Shown here: positions 8,081 to 16,854 of the stretch, one piece after another
How positions within the stretch are numbered: position 1 is the stretch's first letter
How the letters are laid out: every line of letters begins with the position of its first letter
Assembly (NCBI GenBank): GCA_045568075.1
Contig: JBJLBP010000001.1
Span: 60,001 to 92,000 of the forward strand
From: Candidatus Thalassarchaeaceae archaeon
GTDB taxonomy: Archaea > Thermoplasmatota > Poseidoniia > Poseidoniales > Thalassarchaeaceae
Length of the DNA: 32,000 bases
Direction: 5' to 3'
The notes under the pieces: generated by a model
Told to the model about the DNA's origin: nothing
The model's database searches: none
Seen by the model: the letters and a program-made list of their open reading frames with translations, nothing else
Made by a program: the position numbers and the translations under genes

Positions 8081-10030
8081 ATGTGGCGCCGGCCGCGCAG
8101 GGTGGGTGTGGACTCGGATGGTGGGCTTGCAGCGAGGTTTACTCGCAGCCAGGATCATCACGAAGCATACATGCGGCTGATTCAATGGGAATTGGATGAT
8201 GAATTAGACGCGACCGAAGAGCGTTTACGGAATTGGTCGCGGGCCAAACTCGCTGCCCACGGACTTGCGCTTTTCGACCTGAGGGCTCGCCCGGATGGCT
8301 GGTTATTCGGGCAGCGAATCGTCAAGCTGGAACTCGATGGGCGCGCCAACATGGGTTCACATCGCTTCCGTCAGGGTGACATCGTGATGTTGAGTCGGGG
8401 TGATCCTGTTGGTGAGAAGCCCATCGAAGCGATTGTTTCTGACCGCTCGCGAAATCGGATTCGCATCGTTCTGCCAGAATTGCCGAGCGGTCTTCGCAGC
8501 GGATTCTGGAGGATGGACCGCGCCGCGAATAAAGTCGCATTCGATAGGATGCGGGACGCCCTCAATTCACTCTTCGAAGAGGAAGGAGGGGCACCCCTTC
8601 GAGACCTCCTCCTTGGAACTGTCCATGACCCAGTAGGAACCGCTGGATTAGGGCCGGAACTTGGAGGTGCTAATCGACGCCCTGCGAGCCGACCAGATGA
8701 TCTGAATGAATCTCAAACAACTGCTTGTGAAGCTGCAGTAAATCAACGCTTGACACTTATCCAGGGACCGCCGGGAACCGGCAAAACCTACACCGCTGTC
8801 CGAATCTTACAATCTTGGTCTAGTCAGGAGGTCGGAACGATTCTCGCCGTCGCTGATTCGAATGTCGCGGTCGACAATCTGCTTGAGGGATTGCTCGGGC
8901 TTGGAGTTCGCGCAGTCAGGCTCGGGCAGCCGGTGAAGGTCCGCGAGTCATTGCGTGAGGCAACAGTCGATGCACAGATGGAAGGACATCCACTTCGCCG
9001 CGACCTAGAGGAGCATCTCGAACTCAATGAGAAATTAGCGCGGCGCATCTCTGGAATGAAAGGCAAAGAGAAGGGTTTGGCGCACCGTGATTTGAATCGT
9101 GGCTGGAAGGAGGTGCGTCGTATCGAACGTCAGATGCGCGACGATATTCTCGAACGCGCGCAGGTTCTCTGCTGTACCTGCATCGGCGTCGGCCATCAAT
9201 TGCTTGACGGACGCCGCTTTTCGCGAGTTCTACTAGACGAAGCGACCCAAGCCACTGAGCCTGCCAGTCTTGTCCCCTTGGTTCGTGGCGCGAGGCAAAT
9301 TGTCCTAGTCGGAGATCATCAACAATTACCACCTACAGTCATCAGTCGCCGCGCTGAAAACGGAGGACTGCGCCGCTCTCTCTTCGAGCGTCTCGTCGCC
9401 ATGGGCATCGAGCCAATTCTACTCAATACCCAATACCGAATGCACCCGGCCATCTCGCAATTTCCCAACCAGACCTTCTACGATGGCCGCCTAATTGACG
9501 GTGTCCAAGCCGCTGAACGACCCAATCCGGCAGGACTTCTCTGGAATGATTGGGAGGTACCGATCGCATTCCTTCCAGTCAATGGTGACGAGCTTCTCTC
9601 ACCCGATGGCGCTTCGAAGGAAAATCCAGCCGAGGCCGGATGGGTCGCCCGCATTCTCGAAGGCCTCCTCGAAGCGGGCGAACTACAACACTCAGACATC
9701 GGCATAATCACCCCCTATGCAGGTCAGGTTAGAGCTATCCGCGACGCTATTCCCGAACGCAATGAAGCCGTCGAAGTACGTACTGTAGACGGTTACCAAG
9801 GCCGCGAGAAAGAGGTCATCATCTTCTCCTGCGTACGCTCAAATCCCGACGGAAACGTCGGATTCCTCGCCGACCCGCGCCGCCTCAATGTCGCCCTAAC
9901 TAGAGCGAGGCGCGGGCTCATTGTCATCGGTGACCCTGACACTCTGCGCAACGATGAGACTTGGGGCGCCTGGCTGGCACATATCCGCAGTCGTAACCTT
10001 GAGGCGTGGCACATTCTCGGAATGGCTTGA
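8081..10030 (+). CDS. Superfamily 1B helicase, Upf1/IGHMBP2/DNA2-NAM7-like
   Basis: Walker A is LIQGPPGTGKT and motif II is LLDEATQATEP. Other blocks are VLVGDHQQLPPTV, LNTQYRMHPAISQFPNQTFYDGRL, VDGYQGREKEVIIFSCVRSN and NVALTRARRGLIVIGD. ATG at 8081 is 28 nt downstream of the TATA-like GTATTTT. An alternative ATG is at 8171. Confidence 0.85.
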   Translation: MWRRPRRVGVDSDGGLAARFTRSQDHHEAYMRLIQWELDDELDATEERLRNWSRAKLAAHGLALFDLRARPDGWLFGQRIVKLELDGRANMGSHRFRQGDIVMLSRGDPVGEKPIEAIVSDRSRNRIRIVLPELPSGLRSGFWRMDRAANKVAFDRMRDALNSLFEEEGGAPLRDLLLGTVHDPVGTAGLGPELGGANRRPASRPDDLNESQTTACEAAVNQRLTLIQGPPGTGKTYTAVRILQSWSSQEVGTILAVADSNVAVDNLLEGLLGLGVRAVRLGQPVKVRESLREATVDAQMEGHPLRRDLEEHLELNEKLARRISGMKGKEKGLAHRDLNRGWKEVRRIERQMRDDILERAQVLCCTCIGVGHQLLDGRRFSRVLLDEATQATEPASLVPLVRGARQIVLVGDHQQLPPTVISRRAENGGLRRSLFERLVAMGIEPILLNTQYRMHPAISQFPNQTFYDGRLIDGVQAAERPNPAGLLWNDWEVPIAFLPVNGDELLSPDGASKENPAEAGWVARILEGLLEAGELQHSDIGIITPYAGQVRAIRDAIPERNEAVEVRTVDGYQGREKEVIIFSCVRSNPDGNVGFLADPRRLNVALTRARRGLIVIGDPDTLRNDETWGAWLAHIRSRNLEAWHILGMA

Positions 10031-10038
10031 GGAAGCAC

Positions 10039-10614
10039 ATGGCTGACCACGACTCACCCATCTCACTGCAGAGCGGCGGCACTCTCGCGAAGCAGATATT
10101 GAGCGCAGAAGAAGGTGGCCATTGGCCTGTTCCTGAAGGCACGATTCTAGCATCGGGAGTTCGCAGAACCGCTGCATTGAGCGTCGATGTAGTCATCGTC
10201 ACAACCATTTTGATGGTAGCAACTCGTTGGCAAATCATGAATGCTTGGAACCTCACACTTTGGGCTTCCTCATCGTTCCACCACGCCCTCGCAATGGTCG
10301 CCATTCTCCTTGTCAGCCACTGGCTTTACTGGCGCTGGACTGGATTGTGGCTTTCACGCTCTCTAGGTCAGCGCATGTTCGGCCTAGCAGTGCTGGCTGA
10401 AGACGGCTCAGAGATGACCAGCGAGATGTGGGACCAACGCGCTGCACGCAAGTTGGTCTTCCTGATTCCAATTCTCAACCTCGTTCAGGGAATCCGTGAA
10501 CTTCTGCGAATCTCGCAGCGCCACACTCACCAATCCAATATCGATCTACATGTCGGATCGATTGTGGCGCACAAGGATTCCCTGCCGCCGGCGAACCGCA
10601 AGCATATCCGCTGA
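10039..10614 (+). CDS. RDD family membrane protein
   Basis: RRTAALSVDVVIVTTILMV and SLGQRMFGLAVLAEDGS match the R..D..D pattern with TM segments between. The ATG is 9 nt after the helicase stop. Confidence 0.65.
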   Translation: MADHDSPISLQSGGTLAKQILSAEEGGHWPVPEGTILASGVRRTAALSVDVVIVTTILMVATRWQIMNAWNLTLWASSSFHHALAMVAILLVSHWLYWRWTGLWLSRSLGQRMFGLAVLAEDGSEMTSEMWDQRAARKLVFLIPILNLVQGIRELLRISQRHTHQSNIDLHVGSIVAHKDSLPPANRKHIR

Positions 10615-11268
10615 GTGAGGACAATGGAGCAAGCGATTTCTGACAGTGCCCTCGCTCTGGTCTCCGCTGGTGCATGCATTATCTATCCAACATCGACGCA
10701 GCCGGCTCTCGGTTGCATACTAACCTCGGCTGCTCTGGATAATCTATACAACGTCAAAAAACGCCCCAGTGAAATGCCGGTGAGCGTCGGTGTGGTTGAC
10801 CTTGAACAGGCTGCAAACCTCGTCGAGCTAACTGACGACATCTCTGAGATTCTATCCTCATTTCCCGAGGGCTCTCTTACTATCATCTTACCCGCAAAGG
10901 AACCCCTAGATGCGCGCCTAGGTACAAACAAAATCGCCATCAGAGTCGTCGCTCATCCCACTGCAAAAGCCCTGCTGCGAGCGTGTGGACCACTGACTGC
11001 AACCTCCGCCAACATCAGCGGCACACCACCTGCAGCAACTTGTGAAGCAGCAGCCGAAACTCTGCGTCAAGCAGGCCATGAGGTGGCTTTAGTGGCTGGA
11101 GAAACGCTCGGAGGGGCACCCAGTACGTTGATAGCGTGGTATTCGGTCTGTGATTTACCCGATTGTGCAAGCATAGAGGTGCTGAGAGAAGGAATTGTTC
11201 CAGCTAAGGAGGTTATCGCATGGTGGAAGAATCGGACCTCAAACAGTGGCGAGACGCCGGGCATGTAG
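10615..11268 (+). CDS. tsaC: L-threonylcarbamoyladenylate synthase (YrdC/TsaC/Sua5 family, short form)
   Basis: Supporting blocks are IIYPTSTQPALGC, YNVKKRPSEMPVSVGV, LTIILPAK and LTATSANISGTPPA. GTG at 10615 directly abuts the previous stop. The first ATG is at 10624. Confidence 0.8.
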   Translation: MRTMEQAISDSALALVSAGACIIYPTSTQPALGCILTSAALDNLYNVKKRPSEMPVSVGVVDLEQAANLVELTDDISEILSSFPEGSLTIILPAKEPLDARLGTNKIAIRVVAHPTAKALLRACGPLTATSANISGTPPAATCEAAAETLRQAGHEVALVAGETLGGAPSTLIAWYSVCDLPDCASIEVLREGIVPAKEVIAWWKNRTSNSGETPGM

Positions 11269-12236
11269 CCCGAAGAACGCTTGAAGGAATCAAGGGCGAG
11301 ATCGTCGCTGGCAAAGCTTGGGATGAAGTGATTGATTCTGCAGAACGCTTCATTCGTCGACACGGTGGGACTCCTGCTTTCCCGGTCACTATCTCAGTCA
11401 ACGACATAGCTGCCCATTACACAACGGATTCTCGACAGAATCCACCCGAAGGATTCGAGGGGGAGATGGTCTTCCAGGATGGCGACCTCGTCAAACTCGA
11501 TGTCGGTGTGCACATCACTGGAGCTCTAGCCGACAACGCGCTGACAATCGAGGTCGGGAACGGTGGAAATCATACCGATCAGATCAAGGCGGCACGGGAG
11601 GCAAGGGATGCTTCAATCGAGAAGATGCATCCTGGGACACCTTGGTGGGAAATCGGTGCGGCTGCGGACCAAGTCCACACCGACGCTGGATTCCAACCAA
11701 TTCGCAATCTTTGTGGACATGAATTGAAGCGCTGGAATCTACATGCTGGTACATCGATTCCATCCTACGATATCGGGCCGACCGACGCGTCCGGATTCAA
11801 GGGCTCAGTCGAACTCGGAAGCGTCTACGCTGTCGAACCATTCAATACAACTGGAAAGAGCGGGATGATCGAGAATATTCCGCCCGCTCATTCGAGCAAT
11901 ATCTTTCGCGTCACCGGAGATATCACCATTCGAAAAGCGATGTTAAAGGGTAAATTGAAGCCGCTTGGTGCGACGATGGCGCGGTATATCGAGGAGCGCT
12001 ATCACACCCTGCCTTTCGCTGAGCGCTGGGCATATCCTCTACTCGAAAAGCCATTCCCGGGTGAAGAGGAAGACGTTCTACGAAAGAAGTGGAATGCGCT
12101 TGTGAAGAAGCTGATTTCGATTCGTTTCCTCGAGACTTATGCTGCTCTGCGCTGTGAAGATCGAGGAATGATTGGTCAGTTCGAACATACTGTCTGGATA
12201 ACTGAGGGTGGGCCTGAAGTGCTCACCATCGAGTGA
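11220..12236 (+). CDS. map: Methionine aminopeptidase, type 2 (archaeal form)
   Basis: Supporting blocks are GGTPAFPVTISVNDIAAHYT, GDLVKLDVGVHITGALADNALTI, CGHELKRWNLHAGTSIP, YAVEPFNTTG and QFEHTVWITEGGPEVLT. Confidence 0.9.
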   Translation: MVEESDLKQWRDAGHVARRTLEGIKGEIVAGKAWDEVIDSAERFIRRHGGTPAFPVTISVNDIAAHYTTDSRQNPPEGFEGEMVFQDGDLVKLDVGVHITGALADNALTIEVGNGGNHTDQIKAAREARDASIEKMHPGTPWWEIGAAADQVHTDAGFQPIRNLCGHELKRWNLHAGTSIPSYDIGPTDASGFKGSVELGSVYAVEPFNTTGKSGMIENIPPAHSSNIFRVTGDITIRKAMLKGKLKPLGATMARYIEERYHTLPFAERWAYPLLEKPFPGEEEDVLRKKWNALVKKLISIRFLETYAALRCEDRGMIGQFEHTVWITEGGPEVLTIE

Positions 12237-12526
12237 TTCGCCCGATATCTTTCGCCATAGCAGAATCGTCGACGTAGTGCGGTTTCTGAAACTTAACAGG
12301 CGCTCAGTGTATCGTTCTATGGTCTTGGAGCGGCTTTTCGCACAACGATTATCAATCGCGGGCTCCAAGCCTCAGCCGTACGGGGCCGTTGAGGTTCTCG
12401 CTGAGTGCATCCCATCCCCTCGCTTGTGTCTCTCGCCCTGTACACCTATTGGATGCGGCCGGTAGGCTATCCGTGCCGTATTGAGAGGAGAAATATCCTG
12501 CCGATTCTGGAGGATCTATCTACGAT

Positions 12527-13447
12527 TTAATCAGTTGATTGAGTACTATCTTCAGTAGCTCCGAAGAGGGTCACTGCGATGATTGCGGCGAAGATGAGAA
12601 TCATGCCCGTGGACTGCTGCATGGAGGGTGATTCTGAAAGCAGCAGGACGCCCCAAACAATCGTCAAAACAGGTTGGAGCAGTACTGCGAATGATGTGTG
12701 TGCGGCGGGTAGTCGCGGAAGCGCGTAAGTGATGGCTATCCAGCCGACGACTTGGCAAGTGATCGCCAAAAGAAGCAACCAGCCGTGTCCGGGCCAAGTA
12801 ATCGTGTGGTCGATGGCCTCTATGCCGACGCCAGAAAGTGGCATCGAACCGAGAACGAGTAATCCGATAGTGGCTCCAGCGGTCGCATCAAATTGCGCAT
12901 TCACCGCTGGCCCACCGACCCTATTCGATTGACGATAAGCAATCAAGAAGGATGAATAGAATACTGCTGCGACTATGCCTCCGATTACTCCCTTGACTGG
13001 ATCTTCACCATAGGGTGCATCATCCCAGATTCCTGAAATCAGTACTAATCCAAACATCACCATAGGTAAAGCGAGAAGAATGAAGCGATTCGGACGCTCT
13101 CCAAGAATCCACCAACTTACCAAAGTGACAATGATTACCTGAGAATTACCAATCATGGTTGCAATCCCACTGCCGATGTAGTCGATAGCGCTGTGATAGC
13201 CTGCGAAATCGATAGCAAGAAGAATTCCTGCCCCGAATGCAAGCCAGCGAGAATTAGATTCGCGAGGGTCTTCCTTTTTGGAGGTCCAAACCAATAATCC
13301 CAACAAAGGAAGAGCGTACAACATTCGATAGAATGCTCCGGTTAATGGAGTGGTATCAGAGCGAATGTAAAGAAGAGGTGCAAATGAGATTACAGTGGCG
13401 CCAGCCAGCGCTATCAACATCGTTCGACGGTCCTCGGCCGTCGCCAT
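12527..13447 (-). CDS. EamA/DMT superfamily transporter (10 TM)
   Basis: 306 aa, almost entirely hydrophobic helices arranged in two similar halves, which is typical EamA duplication. Confidence 0.75.
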   Translation of the reverse strand: MATAEDRRTMLIALAGATVISFAPLLYIRSDTTPLTGAFYRMLYALPLLGLLVWTSKKEDPRESNSRWLAFGAGILLAIDFAGYHSAIDYIGSGIATMIGNSQVIIVTLVSWWILGERPNRFILLALPMVMFGLVLISGIWDDAPYGEDPVKGVIGGIVAAVFYSSFLIAYRQSNRVGGPAVNAQFDATAGATIGLLVLGSMPLSGVGIEAIDHTITWPGHGWLLLLAITCQVVGWIAITYALPRLPAAHTSFAVLLQPVLTIVWGVLLLSESPSMQQSTGMILIFAAIIAVTLFGATEDSTQSTD

Positions 13448-13456
13448 GTAATCGCC

Positions 13457-13813
13457 TCACTCGGAGGCACTTTCGCCTTCGGCGACCATCTGTTTTAACT
13501 CGCCTGATTGATACATTTCAAGAGCGAGATCAGAGCCTCCAATCAGCTCTCCATTAATGAAAATCTGCGGTATTGTGGGGAAGTCTGACCACTCCTTCAA
13601 TGCAGGTCTAGCCCTGTGATCCGCGAGGACATTGACACAAGCAAATGTGTCTATCCCTAGCTCAGCAGTAATTGCGCTGAGGACTTGCGCCCCCCTTGCA
13701 GAGAATCCACACTGAGGTTGCTCTGGCGTGCCTTTCATAAAAATCACAATTTGATTATCTTCAACAACTTGCTGCAGTTCTTCTGGTGTCCAATTGAAAC
13801 TCATTTTTCTCAC
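13457..13813 (-). CDS. grxD: Monothiol glutaredoxin (Grx4/GrxD family)
   Basis: The CGFS active site appears as MKGTPEQPQCGFSARGAQVL, and the C-terminal block is TIPQIFINGELIGGSD. Confidence 0.85.
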   Translation of the reverse strand: MRKMSFNWTPEELQQVVEDNQIVIFMKGTPEQPQCGFSARGAQVLSAITAELGIDTFACVNVLADHRARPALKEWSDFPTIPQIFINGELIGGSDLALEMYQSGELKQMVAEGESASE

Positions 13814-14136
13814 TCCTTTTCGGGTCTACGGATGTGCACTCCGAAGAACTCCATCTCGTCCCCGCCGTGGGGGTCAAAAGATGTGTCCCCCGCCTCCTGT
13901 GCCTGAGTTGGCGTCATGCACTTGAGGTCAAGCGCGTGAACTAAGTTCTGCGCCATATGATGTTTGAAGTGGCGCAGAATCGGACGTTGTCGCTGCAACG
14001 GCCGTACCCCTTCGAAGCTCTCGGAGATGACTCGCACGTGGAAATGGTCGCCGCTACCGTGCAGATCCTTCGCCTCCACAGTCGCGTCGGGGACTACCTT
14101 CAGGACTTCTCCAACCATCCACTGTTCCGTGACCAT
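13810..14136 (-). CDS. bolA: BolA family protein
   Basis: The block GSGDHFHVRVISESFEGVRPLQRQRPILRHF...VHALDLKCMTP supports the call. Its stop overlaps the grx start by 4 nt (ATGA). Confidence 0.8.
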   Translation of the reverse strand: MVTEQWMVGEVLKVVPDATVEAKDLHGSGDHFHVRVISESFEGVRPLQRQRPILRHFKHHMAQNLVHALDLKCMTPTQAQEAGDTSFDPHGGDEMEFFGVHIRRPEKE

Positions 14137-14193
14137 TACGATGGGGTTGGGTGGGTGTGATTTGAATGCTCGCGCGTGTAAGAATGACGTAAT

Positions 14194-14904
14194 TCAATGG
14201 CCAAGGGCTGAATTTATTGCTGCAAAATTCTCAGCTATTGTTCCACGGTCGTTAATCAGACCACTGCCGACAACTGCTACATCGATTCCCCATTCTGCGA
14301 CCATGGCTGAGTTGTGGTCTTTGATACCGCCGTCGATCATCAATTTGGTTTCACGCCCGCCATCTGCGATTTGAGCATCGATGGCGGCGCGGAATGCGCG
14401 GGTTTTGTTTTCCACCTCGGGCATGAATGACTGGCCTCCCTTACCTGGAATTACGGACATCACGAGGACTAAATCGAGGTCAGCGAGGTATGGCAAGATT
14501 GCCTCCGCGGGAGTGTCCGGATTGAGGACTAAGCCAGCTTGGCAACCGGCCTCGTGAAGATTAGTGATTAGCGCGGCTGGATCTTCAACTGCTTCGATGT
14601 GGGCAATTACCAAATCAACTCCCGCATCGACGTATTGGGACCAACTGTCTTCTGCGTTCGTGATCATCAGATGACAGTCAATGAAGACATCAGGACCGAG
14701 CCTGTCGCGCACCGATCGAATCAGCGCTGGTCCGAATGTGATCGTCTTATTGACGACCCAATTACCGTCCATCACATCCATGTGCATCCAATTGATTCCG
14801 GCTTCGACAGCCTCTTCGAGGGTCTCACCGAGTCGAGCAAAGTCGGCTGTCAGAATACTCGGTGCGACCTCCACAATGCTTCCCTCATACCGTGCGAATC
14901 GCAT
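14194..14904 (-). CDS. rpe: Ribulose-phosphate 3-epimerase
   Basis: Supporting blocks are VAPSILTADFARLGETLEEAVEAGINWMHMDVMDGNWVVNKTITFGP, IDCHLM, PGKGGQSF and IDGGI. ATG at 14904 was chosen because the longer track ORF (to 15114) overlaps trx. Confidence 0.9.
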   Translation of the reverse strand: MRFARYEGSIVEVAPSILTADFARLGETLEEAVEAGINWMHMDVMDGNWVVNKTITFGPALIRSVRDRLGPDVFIDCHLMITNAEDSWSQYVDAGVDLVIAHIEAVEDPAALITNLHEAGCQAGLVLNPDTPAEAILPYLADLDLVLVMSVIPGKGGQSFMPEVENKTRAFRAAIDAQIADGGRETKLMIDGGIKDHNSAMVAEWGIDVAVVGSGLINDRGTIAENFAAINSALGH

Positions 14905-14985
14905 TAGGTTCTCAACAGTTCGGCTCAAGCATTCGTGATAGGATTCATAGGATGTCGATGCAGCGAAGGGTTCTGAGGCGATAGA

Positions 14986-15303
14986 ATGGGTCGAGTGATC
15001 AATGCTGGTGATGCTGATTTTGAGGCAGTGACGAAGAGCGATGAATGGGTAATTGTTGACTTCTGGGCCCCATGGTGCGGTCCGTGTAAGATGATCGCGC
15101 CTATGCTTGAGCAAGTCGCTGGGGAGCGCGAAGTTACCGTGGCTAAGGTCAACACCGACGTTAACCCCCTCTCCGCTGGTAAGTTCGGCATTCGAGGTAT
15201 TCCTGCCCTTCTCCTATTCCATAACGGAGAACTCATAGATCGGCAAACTGGTGCAATGCCTAAGCCGATGTTCGACCAATGGTTGAACCGTTACATGAGT
15301 TAA
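14986..15303 (+). CDS. trxA: Thioredoxin
   Basis: The WCGPC active site appears as VDFWAPWCGPCKMIAP, with GIRGIPALLLF downstream. 105 aa. Confidence 0.9.
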   Translation: MGRVINAGDADFEAVTKSDEWVIVDFWAPWCGPCKMIAPMLEQVAGEREVTVAKVNTDVNPLSAGKFGIRGIPALLLFHNGELIDRQTGAMPKPMFDQWLNRYMS

Positions 15304-16850
15304 TCGAGAGAATCACGAAGTTTGCGAGCACGCTCTTCGAGCGGCGCTCCGACTTCTCTCAAGAGACGGGATCGGAGCGCTTCATGCAACCACATGCCAC
15401 TCTCCAGTTCTAGCATGAGGCCACGAGTGACTAGGGCTTCTGGCGGCGTTCCATCGTATCCTGCGGCCGCTGCCAGATTCTCCCATGGAATTGGTCGGTC
15501 AGCAACCGCGAGCAGGGCCAGTAATTCTCTGTGGTCGGATGGAAGAACATCGAGGATCTCCTCGTCAAGGAAGCGTAACCAATCATCGTGCAGAGTTTTG
15601 CCGTAGAGTTCGAGCAATTCCACCGCAAGAGGGTGGCCTCCAGTGGCACGATGAATCTCCTCGGCTGGCGCGTCAGAAGGGAGTTCGATGGATTCGAGCC
15701 AAGCGGCAATCTCCTCGAGAGAGAGGCCGGTGAGGCGGAGTTCGACGACGCGACCGCGAGTATGCACATCGCGTCGGTCATAGAATGCAAGATTGGTTCT
15801 AGAGACCAGTAGCAGACGCATGCTGGTCGATTCGGCGACCTGTAGTAAGGCTCCGAAGAGATAATCTCCGTCAGCGGAGATATTGTGAACGTCATCGATG
15901 ATCACAAGGATTTCACCTGTCGCAGACTCACGCTTACCCTCCTCATCAGTCAAATGTGCGGTCAAACGGCGGCGCAGTAAGTCGATATCGAGGCGGGCCC
16001 CTGGCTTGAGAGGAAGCGCTTCTAGGACTCCATAAGGGTCCTGGCCGTCTTCATCCGAACTGATTTCGAGCCTGTGGAGCAAGCTCGTCGCAATACCCAG
16101 TGTGGTATCCCACGGCTGGCATGGATAGTACATCACCGAAAGGTCGGAACGAGTCTCCAAAGCGTGTGCAAGCCAATGGCTGGACAGAGTTGTCTTCCCA
16201 CAACCTGCGATGCCAGAGATCACTGCCATTGAGGCATCTCCCGAGAACCATTCGTCGAGAGTTCCAACCTCTTCTTCACGCCCGTGAACAGTTCGAGTCT
16301 CGGGTGGCCTTGTGTGATATGTCGAATGCGCTCCGGCCAGTAATTTGAGAGAGCCCGGAGCGAGCTTTTCTTCACTTTCAGTACGCACAATTGCACCAAA
16401 TCGAATGTCGCCGAAGTTCAGCACACCCTCGTGCTGCGCGTGCATAAGCACCTGAAGCAAGGTCAAACCTGTCTCAAGTCGAGCACCGGCCTCATCCGCC
16501 CGAATCTCCAAGAGATTCCCATCGCGCTCGCGCAGCAAAACCTTCGTCTGACGCAACTCAAGTAAGCGACGAGTGACCTGTTCGCGCCCCTCATCGGTCA
16601 ACTGCCAAGTCTTCTGCCGCCTTTCATCGCCGCGAATAACACGTGTGTGTTCGCTAACCATACCATCGAGATCTAAATCACGCATTGTACGCGATACATT
16701 AGGTGGATGAAGGGCACAAATCTCAGCGATTCCCGGCCGAGTCACCTCACGGTTGACGAGATAGTGATCGGCCTGGTGATCCTGCTCCCAAAGGTGCAAT
16801 AGAATTCGATCGGCAACAGCGATGTTCACCTTACTCACAGGTTGCGCCAT
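15300..16850 (-). CDS. Winged-helix DNA-binding domain fused to a STAND (MalT/AP-ATPase-like) P-loop NTPase; putative transcriptional regulator
   Basis: The N-terminal wHTH is GIAEICALHPPNVSRTMRDLDLDGMVSEH..RRQKTWQLTDEGRE. Walker A is ISGIAGCGKTTL and Walker B is ILVIIDDVHN. The STAND GxP-type motif is ATGGHPLAVELL. ATG at 16850 is 4 nt after the peptidase stop. The track's GTG start is at 16871. Confidence 0.65.
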   Translation of the reverse strand: MAQPVSKVNIAVADRILLHLWEQDHQADHYLVNREVTRPGIAEICALHPPNVSRTMRDLDLDGMVSEHTRVIRGDERRQKTWQLTDEGREQVTRRLLELRQTKVLLRERDGNLLEIRADEAGARLETGLTLLQVLMHAQHEGVLNFGDIRFGAIVRTESEEKLAPGSLKLLAGAHSTYHTRPPETRTVHGREEEVGTLDEWFSGDASMAVISGIAGCGKTTLSSHWLAHALETRSDLSVMYYPCQPWDTTLGIATSLLHRLEISSDEDGQDPYGVLEALPLKPGARLDIDLLRRRLTAHLTDEEGKRESATGEILVIIDDVHNISADGDYLFGALLQVAESTSMRLLLVSRTNLAFYDRRDVHTRGRVVELRLTGLSLEEIAAWLESIELPSDAPAEEIHRATGGHPLAVELLELYGKTLHDDWLRFLDEEILDVLPSDHRELLALLAVADRPIPWENLAAAAGYDGTPPEALVTRGLMLELESGMWLHEALRSRLLREVGAPLEERARKLRDSLD

Positions 16851-16854
16851 CGAG

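Noticed and set aside
14905-15114. N-terminal extensions of track ORFs: rpe to 15114, mptE-like to 30868, pyrE to 25783, zinc-ribbon gene to 8022, helicase from 7949, GNAT to 6644.
   Set aside because: The extensions overlap neighbouring well-supported genes or promoters, begin before the conserved N-termini of the families, and often use non-ATG codons. Internal ATGs with appropriate spacing to TATA-like boxes or upstream stops were preferred.
15300-15303. Convergent trxA and STAND-regulator genes share overlapping stop codons in the palindrome TTAA.
   Set aside because: It is real but trivial, a consequence of tight packing. No further signal was seen.
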